DNA of 64,000 bases from Lophium mytilinum (Eukaryota), in NCBI GenBank assembly GCA_010093605.1, contig MU004183.1, forward strand, positions 868,001 through 932,000, read 5' to 3'. The translations under genes were made by a program, and so were the position numbers. This document shows, one piece after another, positions 11,969 to 23,499 of this stretch. Under the pieces are notes generated by a model. The model made no database searches, was not told the origin of the DNA, and was given only the letters and a program-made list of their open reading frames with translations. Position 1 is the first letter of the stretch. Each line of letters begins with the position of its first letter.

Positions 11969-14578
11969 TCAAAGCTCATCAAGGTAAACAGGCCTGCCAC
12001 AAAATCTGGAATTTAAACAAACGGGCCGCCCAGAATCCGGGTATTCAGACTGTGAGCGAGAACTCATAAATAAACCCGGGTTATGAGTACTACTAAACAT
12101 GCCGTGGTTCCCAGAGCCTGTCCATCCGGCAGAAGGCGTATTGATACCAAAGCCGCCAGAAGGCGTATTTATACCATAGCTCTCGTAGCCACCGAAGCCG
12201 CCAAAATTATAAGGCCTGTAAGGAGATGGGTTTGTGGGCGGAGGCGTGGGCGGATCGTTGACAGTGAAAGACGCGAAGCCGCCCTGTGGAGCAGTCTCAG
12301 TTGGTGGTGGTGAGGGGCTCGCAAAGCTAGAAGAAGAGCTGGCCGGAGATGAGTTTGCGGGCTGTGAGAATGGCCTACGGTTGCGGTCGTACTTGGACTT
12401 CTTCACGGGGTCGCTGAGAAGTTCAAAGGCAGCGTTTACGATCTGGGTGGCTTCTGTGGCTAGGGTCATGTATGACACAGGCAGTTTGTCAGGATGGGTC
12501 TTGAGTAGGGTACCACGCCAGGCATTCTTAAATTGTGCCTTGGTCAGCATCGGGGAGTATTGTAATCCCAAGACGGCGTAGTGATTGTCTCGGTTCCTCA
12601 TGACGTGCCTCGCGGCCTTTACGCGCTTCTTGTGATCTGGCGATAGTTGATGAGGCACCGCCTCGGCAGTCGAAAGTGGCTGGCTGACCCCTGTGACCTC
12701 CGGACGGGAGAAACGGACACGCTTTGTGCCCCTAATATCAGCCTCGGGGGGCTTGGGTGAGGACTCGAGCTCGGGCTCATCCGTGTCGTCCGCCTTCCTC
12801 TTCTTTCCGGTCTGAGGTTCTTGGCGCTCTCGAAGCTCCTTCTCGAGAGCTTTGAGGCTCTCGCGCTCTGCGTCGAGATTCTCTTCCCGTTCTCGTCGAG
12901 CTCGATTGGCGAATCGTTCGCCATAGTCACGGAAATCCGACTCATATTGCTTACTATCATCGCACTTCGCCTCAGCTTCTTTCTTCCCATGTTGAAACTT
13001 TGCTTCTTTCTTGCCATTCTTCTTGTTCTTCGAGGAAAAGCTTGACGAGCTGGATGCACTCGTGGGAGGAGAGGGTTGGGTCGAGCTAGAGGCTTGATTC
13101 TTCTCGAGTTTGATATTCGTCTCCTCGGGTTTCGCCTCTTCTTTCCGGTCCGCTTTGTCTGCTGTCTTGCCCTGACCCCGACCAAGGTTAGCAAACGAAC
13201 CGCTAGTTGTCGTCGAGCTAAACGGGGCTCGCTTGACATTCGGCTCCTCGGAGCCTGGTTTCGACTCCTCTTTCTGGTCCGCTTTCCATGCCGCCTTGCC
13301 TCGACCCCGACCAAGATTAGCAAACGGACTGCTGGTGGTTGTAGAACTGAATGGGACTCGCTTGTTCCAGTTCAAGTTTTGCAGAAAAGAGCCAGAGCTT
13401 GGCCGGTGTGTGGCCTGGGTGAACGAAGCGGCCTGTCCAAACACGTGCTGTGACTTGTTCGGTACGTGAGTCGAGGACGTGGCCTGGTAAAATGAAGCCG
13501 CTTGTTGAAATACGTTCTGTGACTTGTTCGGCACATAGGTCGAGGGCGTCGCATTCTGTGAATAACGGAACGGCGACTCGAAGAGGTTTATCTCTTCTTG
13601 TGATACCGACTGTTGTTTGACCTTGCGCTTCTTTGCCAGAGGAACAAAGGTCTCAGCAGACGAAAAAGGGGTGGCCGTTGAGGCACGCCCCTTGAAAGTC
13701 GTGCTCTTTGGAGTCGCTTCACCCTCAATAGATACAGAAGACGGAGGGACCGACTTGCCCGATATTCTCTTGCCGAATCTAAAGCCCGGGGCGTGACCGA
13801 GCATCTTGGGATGTGTATTCTCCTCCTTTTCCGCTTCCAGTTCCCGAGAAGCTTTGCGCTTCCCCAGAGATGAAGCACTGGTCTCTATAGATGAAGGAGG
13901 AGTTGTGTTTGGGGTATGAGTCTCCGAGAGTGTGTTCTTTGGGGCAGATTCCAAGGAATCCTGAGAACCCAATACCTGGCTCGCGAAGGACGCATTGACA
14001 GAGCGACCATAGCGGGGAATGTATGCGTGTTTGCTCGCAGAAGAGGTCTCAACAGAGAGAGTTTTGCTAGCCGCGCCTTCTCCGTCCTGGGTCGCGTTGC
14101 TCTTCTTCGAGGAAGAGACGGGGGTGAGCTTCAGTCGGGGAGAACTCGGGGTCAACTTTGAGAAGAGAGCCGAGCGAGTGGTATCCGGAGCTGACTTGTC
14201 ACACTCAGTAGATTGCAGAGACTGAGAAGATGTTGACTCCGTCGGCAACTCGTGAGTGAAGAGTCCAGAGGTTGGGGATGAAGAGTGTCCCAAAACGGTA
14301 CTCTCTACATTCGAGTCCTGAGCCTGAGTAGGCACTGAAGTTGGCGATGAAGTAGGCATAGCGCCACGCGTAGAGGTGTGTCCTGGAGTGGAGCTCATTG
14401 AAGTACCTTGTTGCGGAGAGCTTGGGGTGAGAGGTGGGGAGGCAAGCGCACTGGTAGGTTCCTCTGGGGCTGTCGCAAGAGGCGGCGATATGGCGGGAGC
14501 AGTGATGGGCACTTGTTGAGTTTGCGTGTCTTCTGACGTTGGTGTGGGAGCTGCACTCGATGGTGGCTTGAACCGCAT
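11969..14578 (-). CDS. DnaJ (J-domain) protein with ~660-aa S/T/P/K-rich disordered N-terminus
   Basis: Likely start MRFKPP at 14578; NHYAVLGL..LKTHPDK..IVNAAFELLSDPVKKSKYD J-domain with intact HPD. Confidence 0.85.
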   Translation of the reverse strand: MRFKPPSSAAPTPTSEDTQTQQVPITAPAISPPLATAPEEPTSALASPPLTPSSPQQGTSMSSTPGHTSTRGAMPTSSPTSVPTQAQDSNVESTVLGHSSSPTSGLFTHELPTESTSSQSLQSTECDKSAPDTTRSALFSKLTPSSPRLKLTPVSSSKKSNATQDGEGAASKTLSVETSSASKHAYIPRYGRSVNASFASQVLGSQDSLESAPKNTLSETHTPNTTPPSSIETSASSLGKRKASRELEAEKEENTHPKMLGHAPGFRFGKRISGKSVPPSSVSIEGEATPKSTTFKGRASTATPFSSAETFVPLAKKRKVKQQSVSQEEINLFESPFRYSQNATPSTYVPNKSQNVFQQAASFYQATSSTHVPNKSQHVFGQAASFTQATHRPSSGSFLQNLNWNKRVPFSSTTTSSPFANLGRGRGKAAWKADQKEESKPGSEEPNVKRAPFSSTTTSGSFANLGRGQGKTADKADRKEEAKPEETNIKLEKNQASSSTQPSPPTSASSSSSFSSKNKKNGKKEAKFQHGKKEAEAKCDDSKQYESDFRDYGERFANRARREREENLDAERESLKALEKELRERQEPQTGKKRKADDTDEPELESSPKPPEADIRGTKRVRFSRPEVTGVSQPLSTAEAVPHQLSPDHKKRVKAARHVMRNRDNHYAVLGLQYSPMLTKAQFKNAWRGTLLKTHPDKLPVSYMTLATEATQIVNAAFELLSDPVKKSKYDRNRRPFSQPANSSPASSSSSFASPSPPPTETAPQGGFASFTVNDPPTPPPTNPSPYRPYNFGGFGGYESYGINTPSGGFGINTPSAGWTGSGNHGMFSSTHNPGLFMSSRSQSEYPDSGRPVCLNSRFCGRPVYLDEL

Positions 14579-15881
14579 CTTGGAGAAGGTGAAAGAGTTT
14601 TGCAGCAGCCGATGGAGGCAATACTGTAGTGTACGGCCGATGGATAGAGAGAGGCAAAAGGAGATGTATGGTGGAGAGTGCTGTTGTGGCGTGCTTGAAC
14701 CTGGTTGGGTGCTGGCAACGTTGGTGTGTGCTGACGTGGTGGTCGGGTTGGTGGGTGGAAGGTGGAAGGTGGAAGAATGTTGTGAGCGGAGGAGGAGGCG
14801 GTTTAAATATGCTGAGCTGTCCAAACCTGCCACGCTCGATGACACCAGTGAATGGATGTGGGCGAAGTCGCGGCACGCGGGCTGTTGCCGCCAAGATTCC
14901 TCCAAAAGCGTCGCTAAGCGGGCGTATCTGACGCAGGTAGATGTCAAGAAGCGAAGAATAGCTGAATTCACCCGTGATGGTGAGCGATAGGTAGGGTCCT
15001 GCTGTGTCGTGGCCGTGTGTTCCCTGAAACAATGAAGCAGCCCCTGCGCAAAGCAAAGAAAACAAAGCTTGAAGTCAAACTACGATTTTGGACCAGCCGT
15101 TGCCTCGACCTGCCACCGCCACGAGCCCTCCAGCAACTCTAAACTAACGTAAAAGGTTTGAAAAGATCGAACACAGCAACTCAGGAGAGAGATCAAAGTG
15201 CCTCTAAAGCTTCTTCGTAGAGGCTGAAAACAATACTGTAACATAATAGCAAACGAAGAAAGACACCGCAGGGACGTAGATAATAGAGTTATGCACCTAC
15301 CTCCGGTCTAGTTTGCCGTACAATCGTATAGCACAGGTCACCAAAGCGTATATCTGTGTGTACTTCCAGCCTTTTCCCTCATCATCATCACCGGCTGATG
15401 ATCTTTAGCGTCACTAAGGATTCACCCAAATGGCATCGGACGAAACCAAAACTCACCCAGCGCCAATACAGCCCGCCACTTCCAGCAAAAAGGTTAGACC
15501 ATGGGAGCAAGCTGCTTGTGCCCCTCTCGGACTAGCAATCCGAAACTTGCCGCTCTTTTCGTGCTGGGGCTCTCTATACTTATCTAGGAGGGTAGCTTTC
15601 TGCGGTGCCTGGCATCGTGAAGAACACTCCGCCGCTGCTACCCGCTTTGCGGTGTTGTTGTAACCAAATTCACCAACACAGCTGCCAGGGGGTTCAAGAG
15701 CCAGAGGCCGGGCCGCAAAGGAACACGTAGACGTCCTTCCTTGACTGTAAGACATCTTCGCTGCCTTTCCACACCATCTACCACCGCCCGCCACACGCCT
15801 TGCCGCACCACCTCCGAAACTTACTGAAACTTACTCTGATCTCTTAGGTACCCTCGAAGGCCTCCTGCGTCAACTGCCACC

Positions 15882-17370
15882 ATGCCAGAAGCTCCATCGA
15901 TCGAAAATGGAACTATCGACGCCATCGTCGAGGACGAGATGAAGAAAACCTGCGAGACTTTAGAGGGGACTCCTCAACGTACCAGTGCAACAGAAGCTTT
16001 CCCACCGGCTCCAACGACGCCGTATGGGCGAGAGGGATTATTCTATGAATATGACGAGGAAGAGGAAGGAGATCAACCATCGCCCGACTCCTCTCCTGAC
16101 CTGACGGAGTGGGATGTTCTTCACGAGGAGTGCTGTCTTGAGGGTCAGGCATCGACACATGTATGTGATCACCCCCTTCATCATCTTGATGTGCTAGACG
16201 GCTCGTGCTGTCTCCCCTCTTCTTGTTGCGTATGCACATCTTGACTGACGTAACATTATCCAGGGAAACTCCCCCGTCAATGCTAAAATCCCCGAAGAAT
16301 CGTTCAACGGCCCCTGGTCGCTGGCTATTAAGAAGGCCCGCGAGACAGCATGGAAACTCGGTGGAATCGCAAAGGAAGCCGTTACAACTGCCGGAGTGGG
16401 AAGCACGGTCGCAACCGTATCCAAGGCCGCGCTGGTAACTGCAGCCATGGGAGCCACGCGTGCAGCTGACAAGATGGGCCCCGAGGCCGCGCAGCATCTG
16501 TACACAGTCCGCCAGACTGTTGGACTTGCGAGTCGTGAGTACGGTCCGGCGCCAGGCGAACGTGCAGAGATGCGCGAAGCCCGGGAAAAAGCCAGAAAGG
16601 AGCGGGAGAGGAGGAATGACGAAAAGAAGAGATTTCCTAATGGAACACCACCACCAACTGCGGCCGAGGTTAGTTGGGCCCAGGAGTACGCACGCATGAC
16701 CTCTCCGCGCCCGGATTTGGACCGTCGAGACAGCAGTGCCTCATACTTTACTAGTCCATACTCCCGGCACAGACGTGCCTCTAGCACCTACTCGACTAGC
16801 CCTTCCTCCCGCCCTTCCTCGGTGATTCAGCACCGGAGGAAGTCTACCGCGGCATTCGAAACACCTGCGGCTCCCCTTCTGGCCAACAAATACACCCCTG
16901 AGACCCCGTCGCCGCTTGCCCGACTTCACAGCAACCAGGTCGCGGAGCAGCGCCAGCGTAGTCGAGCCCAGTCAAATGTCAGCCAAAGCGCCGAGGCCGA
17001 TACGCCGCTGCCTGCTCGCGTCTCCCAGCAGCAGGTCTACGAGCAGACCGGAGAGATCAACTTTCTCCATAAACCCCGTTTTGATGACAGCGTGGATACA
17101 CACGGTAGTCCGAAGGCCGAGGATTCCTATAGAGAGGACTGTGAGTCGACTCACGAGCTGGTGGCGCCCTCTGAAGGCTCTCCCGAGGAGCGTCGGGCAT
17201 GGCGCAACGAGCGTGACGACATGGAGGCTCTCGGTCAACGGTTCGCGCGCATGCCTCCGGGTGGCTTCGTGGGCCAGACAGCCTACCTTCAGACTACCAC
17301 GACGACGGCGTGGGCGACAGCCTCTGCTCCAATCGTGATTCCTAGCCGCCGAAAGATTCACAAGGTTTGA
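15882..17370 (+). CDS. Hypothetical low-complexity protein (start uncertain)
   Basis: ORF 15882-16160 joins through intron 16161-16263 (GTATGT..CTGAC..CCAG) in frame to ORF 16396-17370. Confidence 0.6.
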
Positions 17371-17660
17371 TTAGCTGTGGCTCTCCCGGGGGAGTCTGAG
17401 GGTCTACATACCTCTATTTTCCTCTTTTCTTACACTTGACGTACCACGATGTGCGAAACTTGTACTTTTACTGCTCTTTGTATTCGGTGAAACATTGTAC
17501 AAACTGGATGAATTAGGAGAAAGCCTCTCATATCGCAGCTGATGTTGGCTTGCGTCACCTAGGTAGCAATATAGACCTGGGTGCAAATGTTATCAAAGGC
17601 TCTGATGTGATAACCTGACAATCTTTGGTACAGTACTAGGCCATAAGTCTGGGCATACCT

Positions 17661-17952
17661 ATCTGTCACTGCTTGGCTTCGATCTTGCTCACCCGACACC
17701 ACTGTAGGGGGTAGCCCAGCTGCTTAGCAGCTAATCAGTCAAGAGGCTGTCTGATCTGCACTGCTTGAAACTCGACATCGCCTTTAGATCGTTGAAATCC
17801 TCTGACATGTAGATCTGTTACTGCTAGGCTGGAATGCTGCCCACTTGACACCACTGTAGGGGGTAGCCTGACTGCTAAGCAGCTAATCAGTCAAGAGGCT
17901 GTCTGATCTGCACTGTTTAAAACTCGACATCGCCGATAGAACTTATGAATCC
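17661..17952. repeat. Two-copy tandem duplication, period 152 bp
   Basis: CACCACTGTAGGGGGTAGCC..GCAGCTAATCAGTCAAGAGGCTGTCTGATCTGCACTG..AAACTCGACATCGCC occurs twice. Confidence 0.9.
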
Positions 17953-18559
17953 TTGGGGGTGCCCCTAGCAGTGGCGAACCAGTGTGCCCAAGCTCAAGGC
18001 CTGTCACTAGTTTTTGTACCTTCACGTGACTTAGATACATTAAGTTTGCCTAGATTAGGATTAGTTAGTGAGCATTCTGACAGTCTGACTACGTGTTGAC
18101 GGATTTGAAGGCCTTCTGACCTTTGAAGCATTTTCCAATTATATGCCAATATTGGTCGAGTTCGAGGCCTTGAATGAGGCGAGTTAGTATTGAACTCGAG
18201 TATCAGCTCCGTGGATATGGTACACCTGAAGGGGGTAACAGTGTCTGCCTGGCCTTGAGGCACTCTGACCCTAGAAGTAGAATGTAAAGCTCTCTTTGAG
18301 GCTGAATTGGAGATGTGTCATCGTCAATTCTTGACTGCTTGTCGAGTGCAGTTTTGAAAAGTTGATTTGAGTGATTGTCTGATTGTTTGATGGAGTGTAA
18401 AATAAACAAAAGAACTAGCCTGATTGCCAAAGTGCCTACCCGCTAATAATCAAAGGACTCCCTTACCTATGTTTGTAACGTGGAGTTAGCCAATGCTCCT
18501 AGTGAGAAGATGAAGCAGAATCCCATGTATGCTTTCCATCCCGAACTCCAGTCCGCAGA

Positions 18560-19957
18560 TTATGTCTTCCTTCCCGCTCCTTTGGACTTGACTCTACTCC
18601 TCGTCGACCGTGCAGGTGTGTCTGCGTCTTTCATCACGTCCGCATCTGATGATTCGCGGCTGCTCTCGTTGTTGTCATCCGCATCGGCCTCCGTGGCGGC
18701 GACACTCTCTCCCTTCTCCTCCCTCTCGAGCTGCTTCTCCATTTCGCTCGGTTCTTTAATGCCCCGCTCCCTCTGCCACCCCTCTACTAAAGCTCCTACC
18801 TCCTCTCTCTTCTCCCGACCATTCCATGCTCGACACCCCGCGCATCTCCACCTCCCCACATCCTCCAGAGTACGCGTACCAGGTGGCGCCTGCCCATTAA
18901 CCAACCGACATTCGCTGCAAATCAGCGCCAGTCGGTTCTTGGGCTGCGTCTCGTCTTCGCCTAGCAGCACGTCTAGGATGCGGTCGTACCATCTCGACTG
19001 TGTAAAGGATGACGCGGAAGTGGCGGTGTATTGCCTCGCTAATTCGGGAGGGGCGAACGCATTGGGCGCAAACTCCGCACCTGGCATATCTTTCGGCGGG
19101 GGAGGCGGTGGCATGTCGTCGGATCTAGAGCTAGCTGGGCGAAGAGAGGCCGAAGAGCCGTGGTGGCGAAGAGAGGCTGAAGAGCCGGGTCGTGAAGGCG
19201 TCGAAGGGAGCGAGACTCCCGGACGTGGGATGTTGGCTGTAGGCGGGGGCGGCATATTTGTGCGCTGACCCTGCTTCTGCGGGCCTTCAGACTTCCGCCG
19301 GGAGGATGGAGCGTTGGAAGGGCCTTTCTCGGGTTTAGGTGGCGGCGAGCCATATTTCTCGAGGAGCTGCTGAGTGGAGTTGTATTTCGTTGCTTGCTTG
19401 AGACGCTCGATGGTGGCGTCGCGCTCTTTGTAGAGCGAGTTGAGGTAGAGTTGGGTGTTGGAGATGCGGTAGTCGTAGTAGGTTGTTAAGGAGGTTCGGA
19501 CGAGATATACCCTAATGATATCCAAAACGTATTCAGCTGGCTATCCGATTTGTAGGGTAGTAACAGGTGTAGGAGACAGAGGACAACGCTTACACTACAG
19601 GCCCTCCTGCCATGACCGAGTATTCCACGGTTCCCCAGCTTCGCCATCCCGTCACGAGTGTCAGAATCAGAGCAGTGAGTATATAGGCGAAACCAGCGTA
19701 TAACGTCCACATGACGCGCACACGCCGCGCACGCTGGCGGAGCGAGTCATTTCTGGCGGCAATCTTGGTGATCTTGATGGAGAGGGTGGAGAGAGTCTTT
19801 TCGAAGGAGGCAGCGGAGTTGTTGTCGCCCTATGACATCGTCAGCATCCAGCAGCTCATGAACACACAGTTCGCATAAGAAACCCAGCAGCATGCGGGCA
19901 GCAACAACACGGACATGAAGTGAGAATACATACCTTCCAAGGCCACAGATTTACCAT
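18560..19957 (-). CDS. LNP1: ER junction formation protein lunapark
   Basis: Exons 19957-19934, 19829-19594, 19511-18560: MVNLWPWKGDNNSAASFEKTL, two TM helices, LKQATKYNSTQQLLEKY, WYDRILDVLLGEDE, C4 zinc ribbon LICSEC..WRCAGC. Confidence 0.93.
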
Positions 19958-20329
19958 GATGTCTCTGGTGAAGGATCACAGCCCTCCCGGGTCGCAGGAA
20001 GAAGTATACGTAGTCACTTTCGCATCGTGGGCGTGGTCTTCAGCCTCCACGTCGAAGTTGACGTCCGCAGTGATTTGTCGTATTCAAAACAGAGTACATT
20101 CCTTGGCGTTTTTCTCCGTGCACCCCCCCTAATTTTATATAAGCGCGCCTGGGATTATAGATAGGTTATACCTTAATTTTTAACTACTTTTTAATATACC
20201 TACTTTAATTATTAGTAAGGCCTCTTATATATATATTAGAGCTTATATACTAATAATTTTTAGTATTTCTAGTATAAGTTAATAACTTTATCTATAGTTA
20301 AATCCTTCTCTCTACTAGCGCGTAAACCT

Positions 20330-21400
20330 AACTCTAGAATTAAACCCTAATATTAGCCTTATAGCGCCTAGATATTATATAGCTTCTCTAGCTTAATAAG
20401 TACTTTAAATAGATTACTAAGGTTATTTATATCTACTAGAAAATAGTATATAATATAGAAAAATATATAATTCTTTATAGCGCGCCTATAAGGCCTCTAT
20501 AAATTAAGATAGAATAGCTAAAAAGGCTTATTATAGTAGATAAAAAGGTAGTACTCTAATAGCTTCTAGAAGATAGCTAGTATAATTAAGATAAAATTTA
20601 AATATAGCTTAATCTTAAGTATAGTATTAGAGCTTTATAGCTAACTATATTATATATAATAAAGAGAAATAAATAGAATAAGAAGTAGGCCTAGCGCTAG
20701 TTAAACTATATAAGTAAGAAGTTAAGGTTAAAGTACTTAGAGCTTACTAGTTACTATAAGCTAGAAGATCTTATTTTTCTTAATAAGTCTATCTTTAATA
20801 AAAAGACTAGCTAGTACTATTATATATATATATCTATTAGAAGTTCTACGCGCTACTAGGGGCCTATAAATTATAGAAATATATAGAGTATATATATAGT
20901 AATAAGTATAGTAGAGTAGCTACTATATATAGCTATATAAGAGGGCTACTTTAATACTAAGAAGTTTTAAAGCTAGATTATTACTACTTTTATACTAGCT
21001 ATAGAAGGTAAGTTTAAGAGCCGCTTAAAGGTTATTATTCTAGATAATATTAAAATATATACTAAGAAAGCTCTTATATATATAATCTAGGCGTAAGAAT
21101 ATCTAGTATATTTTCTACTACTATACTTACTAGATTTTAACTCTATAAAGTTAACCTTTACTATACTAAAGATATAGATCCATAGGCATTACTATTACCT
21201 ACACCTAGCCTATTATAACTTTAGTAACTTTCTAAGGGCTACTATTAAGTAGAGCTAGTATAATTACTTTACTTAAAAGTAGTTCTATTATATAGCTAGA
21301 GAAGTATACTATATAAGAAAAAAGATAGATAGAATTTAAACTAAGCTAAATATATATAAGAGAGGTAATACTAATACTTAAATTAAAAAGAAGTAGATAA
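20330..21400 (+). pseudogene. Tc1/IS630-type DDE transposase relic (boundaries approximate)
   Basis: Reversing RIP transitions gives, in one frame, LIFLDESIFNEKTGW (20770), VIILDNxKIH (D at 21043) and FLPPYSPDFNPIE (E at 21148), i.e. D34E spacing. Confidence 0.85.
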
Positions 21401-23499
21401 AGAAGTAGATTAAAACCTAAGTATATACTATATATAGCCTTTCTATTTAATATATACTCTATATATAGCCTTACTATTTTTTATATACTCTCTAGACTAA
21501 AACTTAAGTATTAGCGCTAGTAGATAATCTAAGGCTTAAGTATTAGCGCTAGCAGATAATCTATAGCTTATATATTAGTATAGAGTAAAGTTATATAGTA
21601 AAGCTTAATAGCTATTATTTATTTTTCTATATATTCTTACCTCTTTTTTAACTCTCTTTTTTCTTTAGACTCTATATACTATTAATTACTACCTTTATAA
21701 TACTATAGCTAATAATACTATAGCTAATAATACTAGTAATTAGAGCTCTATTAATAGCCTAATTAATAATATTCTTATAGAGCCCTTCTTCTCTTTACCT
21801 CTTACTATGTACCCCTTTAGGCTTCTTAGAGTTTACCTAGATTCTCTAGTAATATAGGTAGTAGTAGCTAGGCCGCTTCTTACTAAGAAGAAGATAATAG
21901 GCGTTTAAGCTAAAGATAAGGCGCTAGAAGCTTTCTCTAGTAAGAGCCTAGAGAATTCTAGCCCTTAAAGGCTTTATATAGTGCGTAGTAGGCCTATATA
22001 TCTTCTTTCTACTCTTACTATTAGTAGAGATATCTATAATATACCTAATTAGAAGAAGAATAAGAATAAGAAAAAAGAAAAGAGAACTAATCCCTCTCTA
22101 CTATATATAATTTCTAGTATAGTAGCTTAAGAATCTAGCTAACCTATTTATATAGAAAGCGCTGCACTTACTATCTACTCTCTCCCCTTACTATTACTAT
22201 TATTCTAGGCCTGCTAACTCCCTCTTAGTATACTAATAACCTTACTACCGCCCTTAGCTTCTCTACTATTACTATAGCCCTCTAAGAGCACTTCTACTGC
22301 GCTAAGCTCGCCTATATAGAGCTTATTAATAGCTAATATAGCTAGAATTAGATAGGCCTAGCCTATAGTATATATCTAGAGTGCGCCTAGAATATACCTA
22401 CTAGAGGCTATTATTAGTATAATATTAATTTCTATACTAATAATAATCTAGGTAGTAAATATAGTATATATAGGGTTAGAAGTAAGCGCTATACTTAGAT
22501 TAATACTGCGGGAGATATAGTAGTATTTAAGTAGGCTCTAAAGCCTAGGGCTAGTTATGCTAGAAGAAAAAAGTAGAGAATTAAGTCTATTTAACTATAT
22601 ACTTAGAAACTATAACTATAACTTTAAAAGTTTATTACTACTAATTAATATTTCTATATATTTAGCATGCGGATATAAATATATATATCTAAACGCGTAA
22701 TTTAGCTATCTATTTATATAATTTAAACTTATATTTACTAAGATATAATAAAGTAATATATTTTATTTCTATATAGCCTTTCTATTTTATATATACTCTA
22801 TATAGTATNNNNNNNNNNGCTAGTTATACTAGAAGAAAAAAGTAGAGAATTAAGCCTATTTAACTATATACTTAGAAACTATAACTATAACTTTAAAAGT
22901 TTATTACTACTAATTAATATTTCTATATATTTAGCATGCGGATATAAATATATATATCTAAACGCGTAATTTAGCTATCTATTTATATAATTTAAACTTA
23001 TATTTACTAAGATATAATAAAGTAATATATTTTATTTCTATATAGCCTTTCTATTTTATATATACTCTATATAGTATCTAACTTAAGGCTTAAGTATTAG
23101 TAGTAAGAATCTTATTTTAATATTTTATAGCTTAAGTATTAGTAGTAAGAATCTTATTTTAATATTTTAAGGCTTAAATATTAGCGTAGGGTAAATTTCC
23201 TCTACGCTAATACTTAAGCCTTAAAATAGAATTCTTACTACTAATACTTAAGCTATAAAATATTAAAATAGAATCCTTACTACTAATACTTAAGCTATAA
23301 GATATTAAGATATATTTTTATATTTTACCTATACTAATACTTAAGCCTTAAACTATAAATACTCTCTAATTAATAAATAGTATATATATTATAGGTAGTA
23401 TATATTAGATAGATAGTATATATTTATTACTACGCGCTCTACCCCCTATTATCTAGTAGAGTAAGATTAAACGCCGCTTTATTTTTCTAGTATAGCTAC

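Noticed and set aside
14579..14971. N-terminal extension of the 1000-aa ORF from a non-ATG start
   Set aside because: Sequence looks like promoter/5' UTR; first ATG is at 14578
18480..19268. Long antisense ORFs (also 28745-29395, 53445-54167, 27134-27823)
   Set aside because: Shadows of GC3-rich real genes on the other strand or frame
22550..23077. ~259-bp direct duplication on both sides of the N10 gap
   Set aside because: Abuts the scaffold gap exactly and differs by only ~2 transitions; most likely an unmerged contig overlap, not an LTR or real tandem
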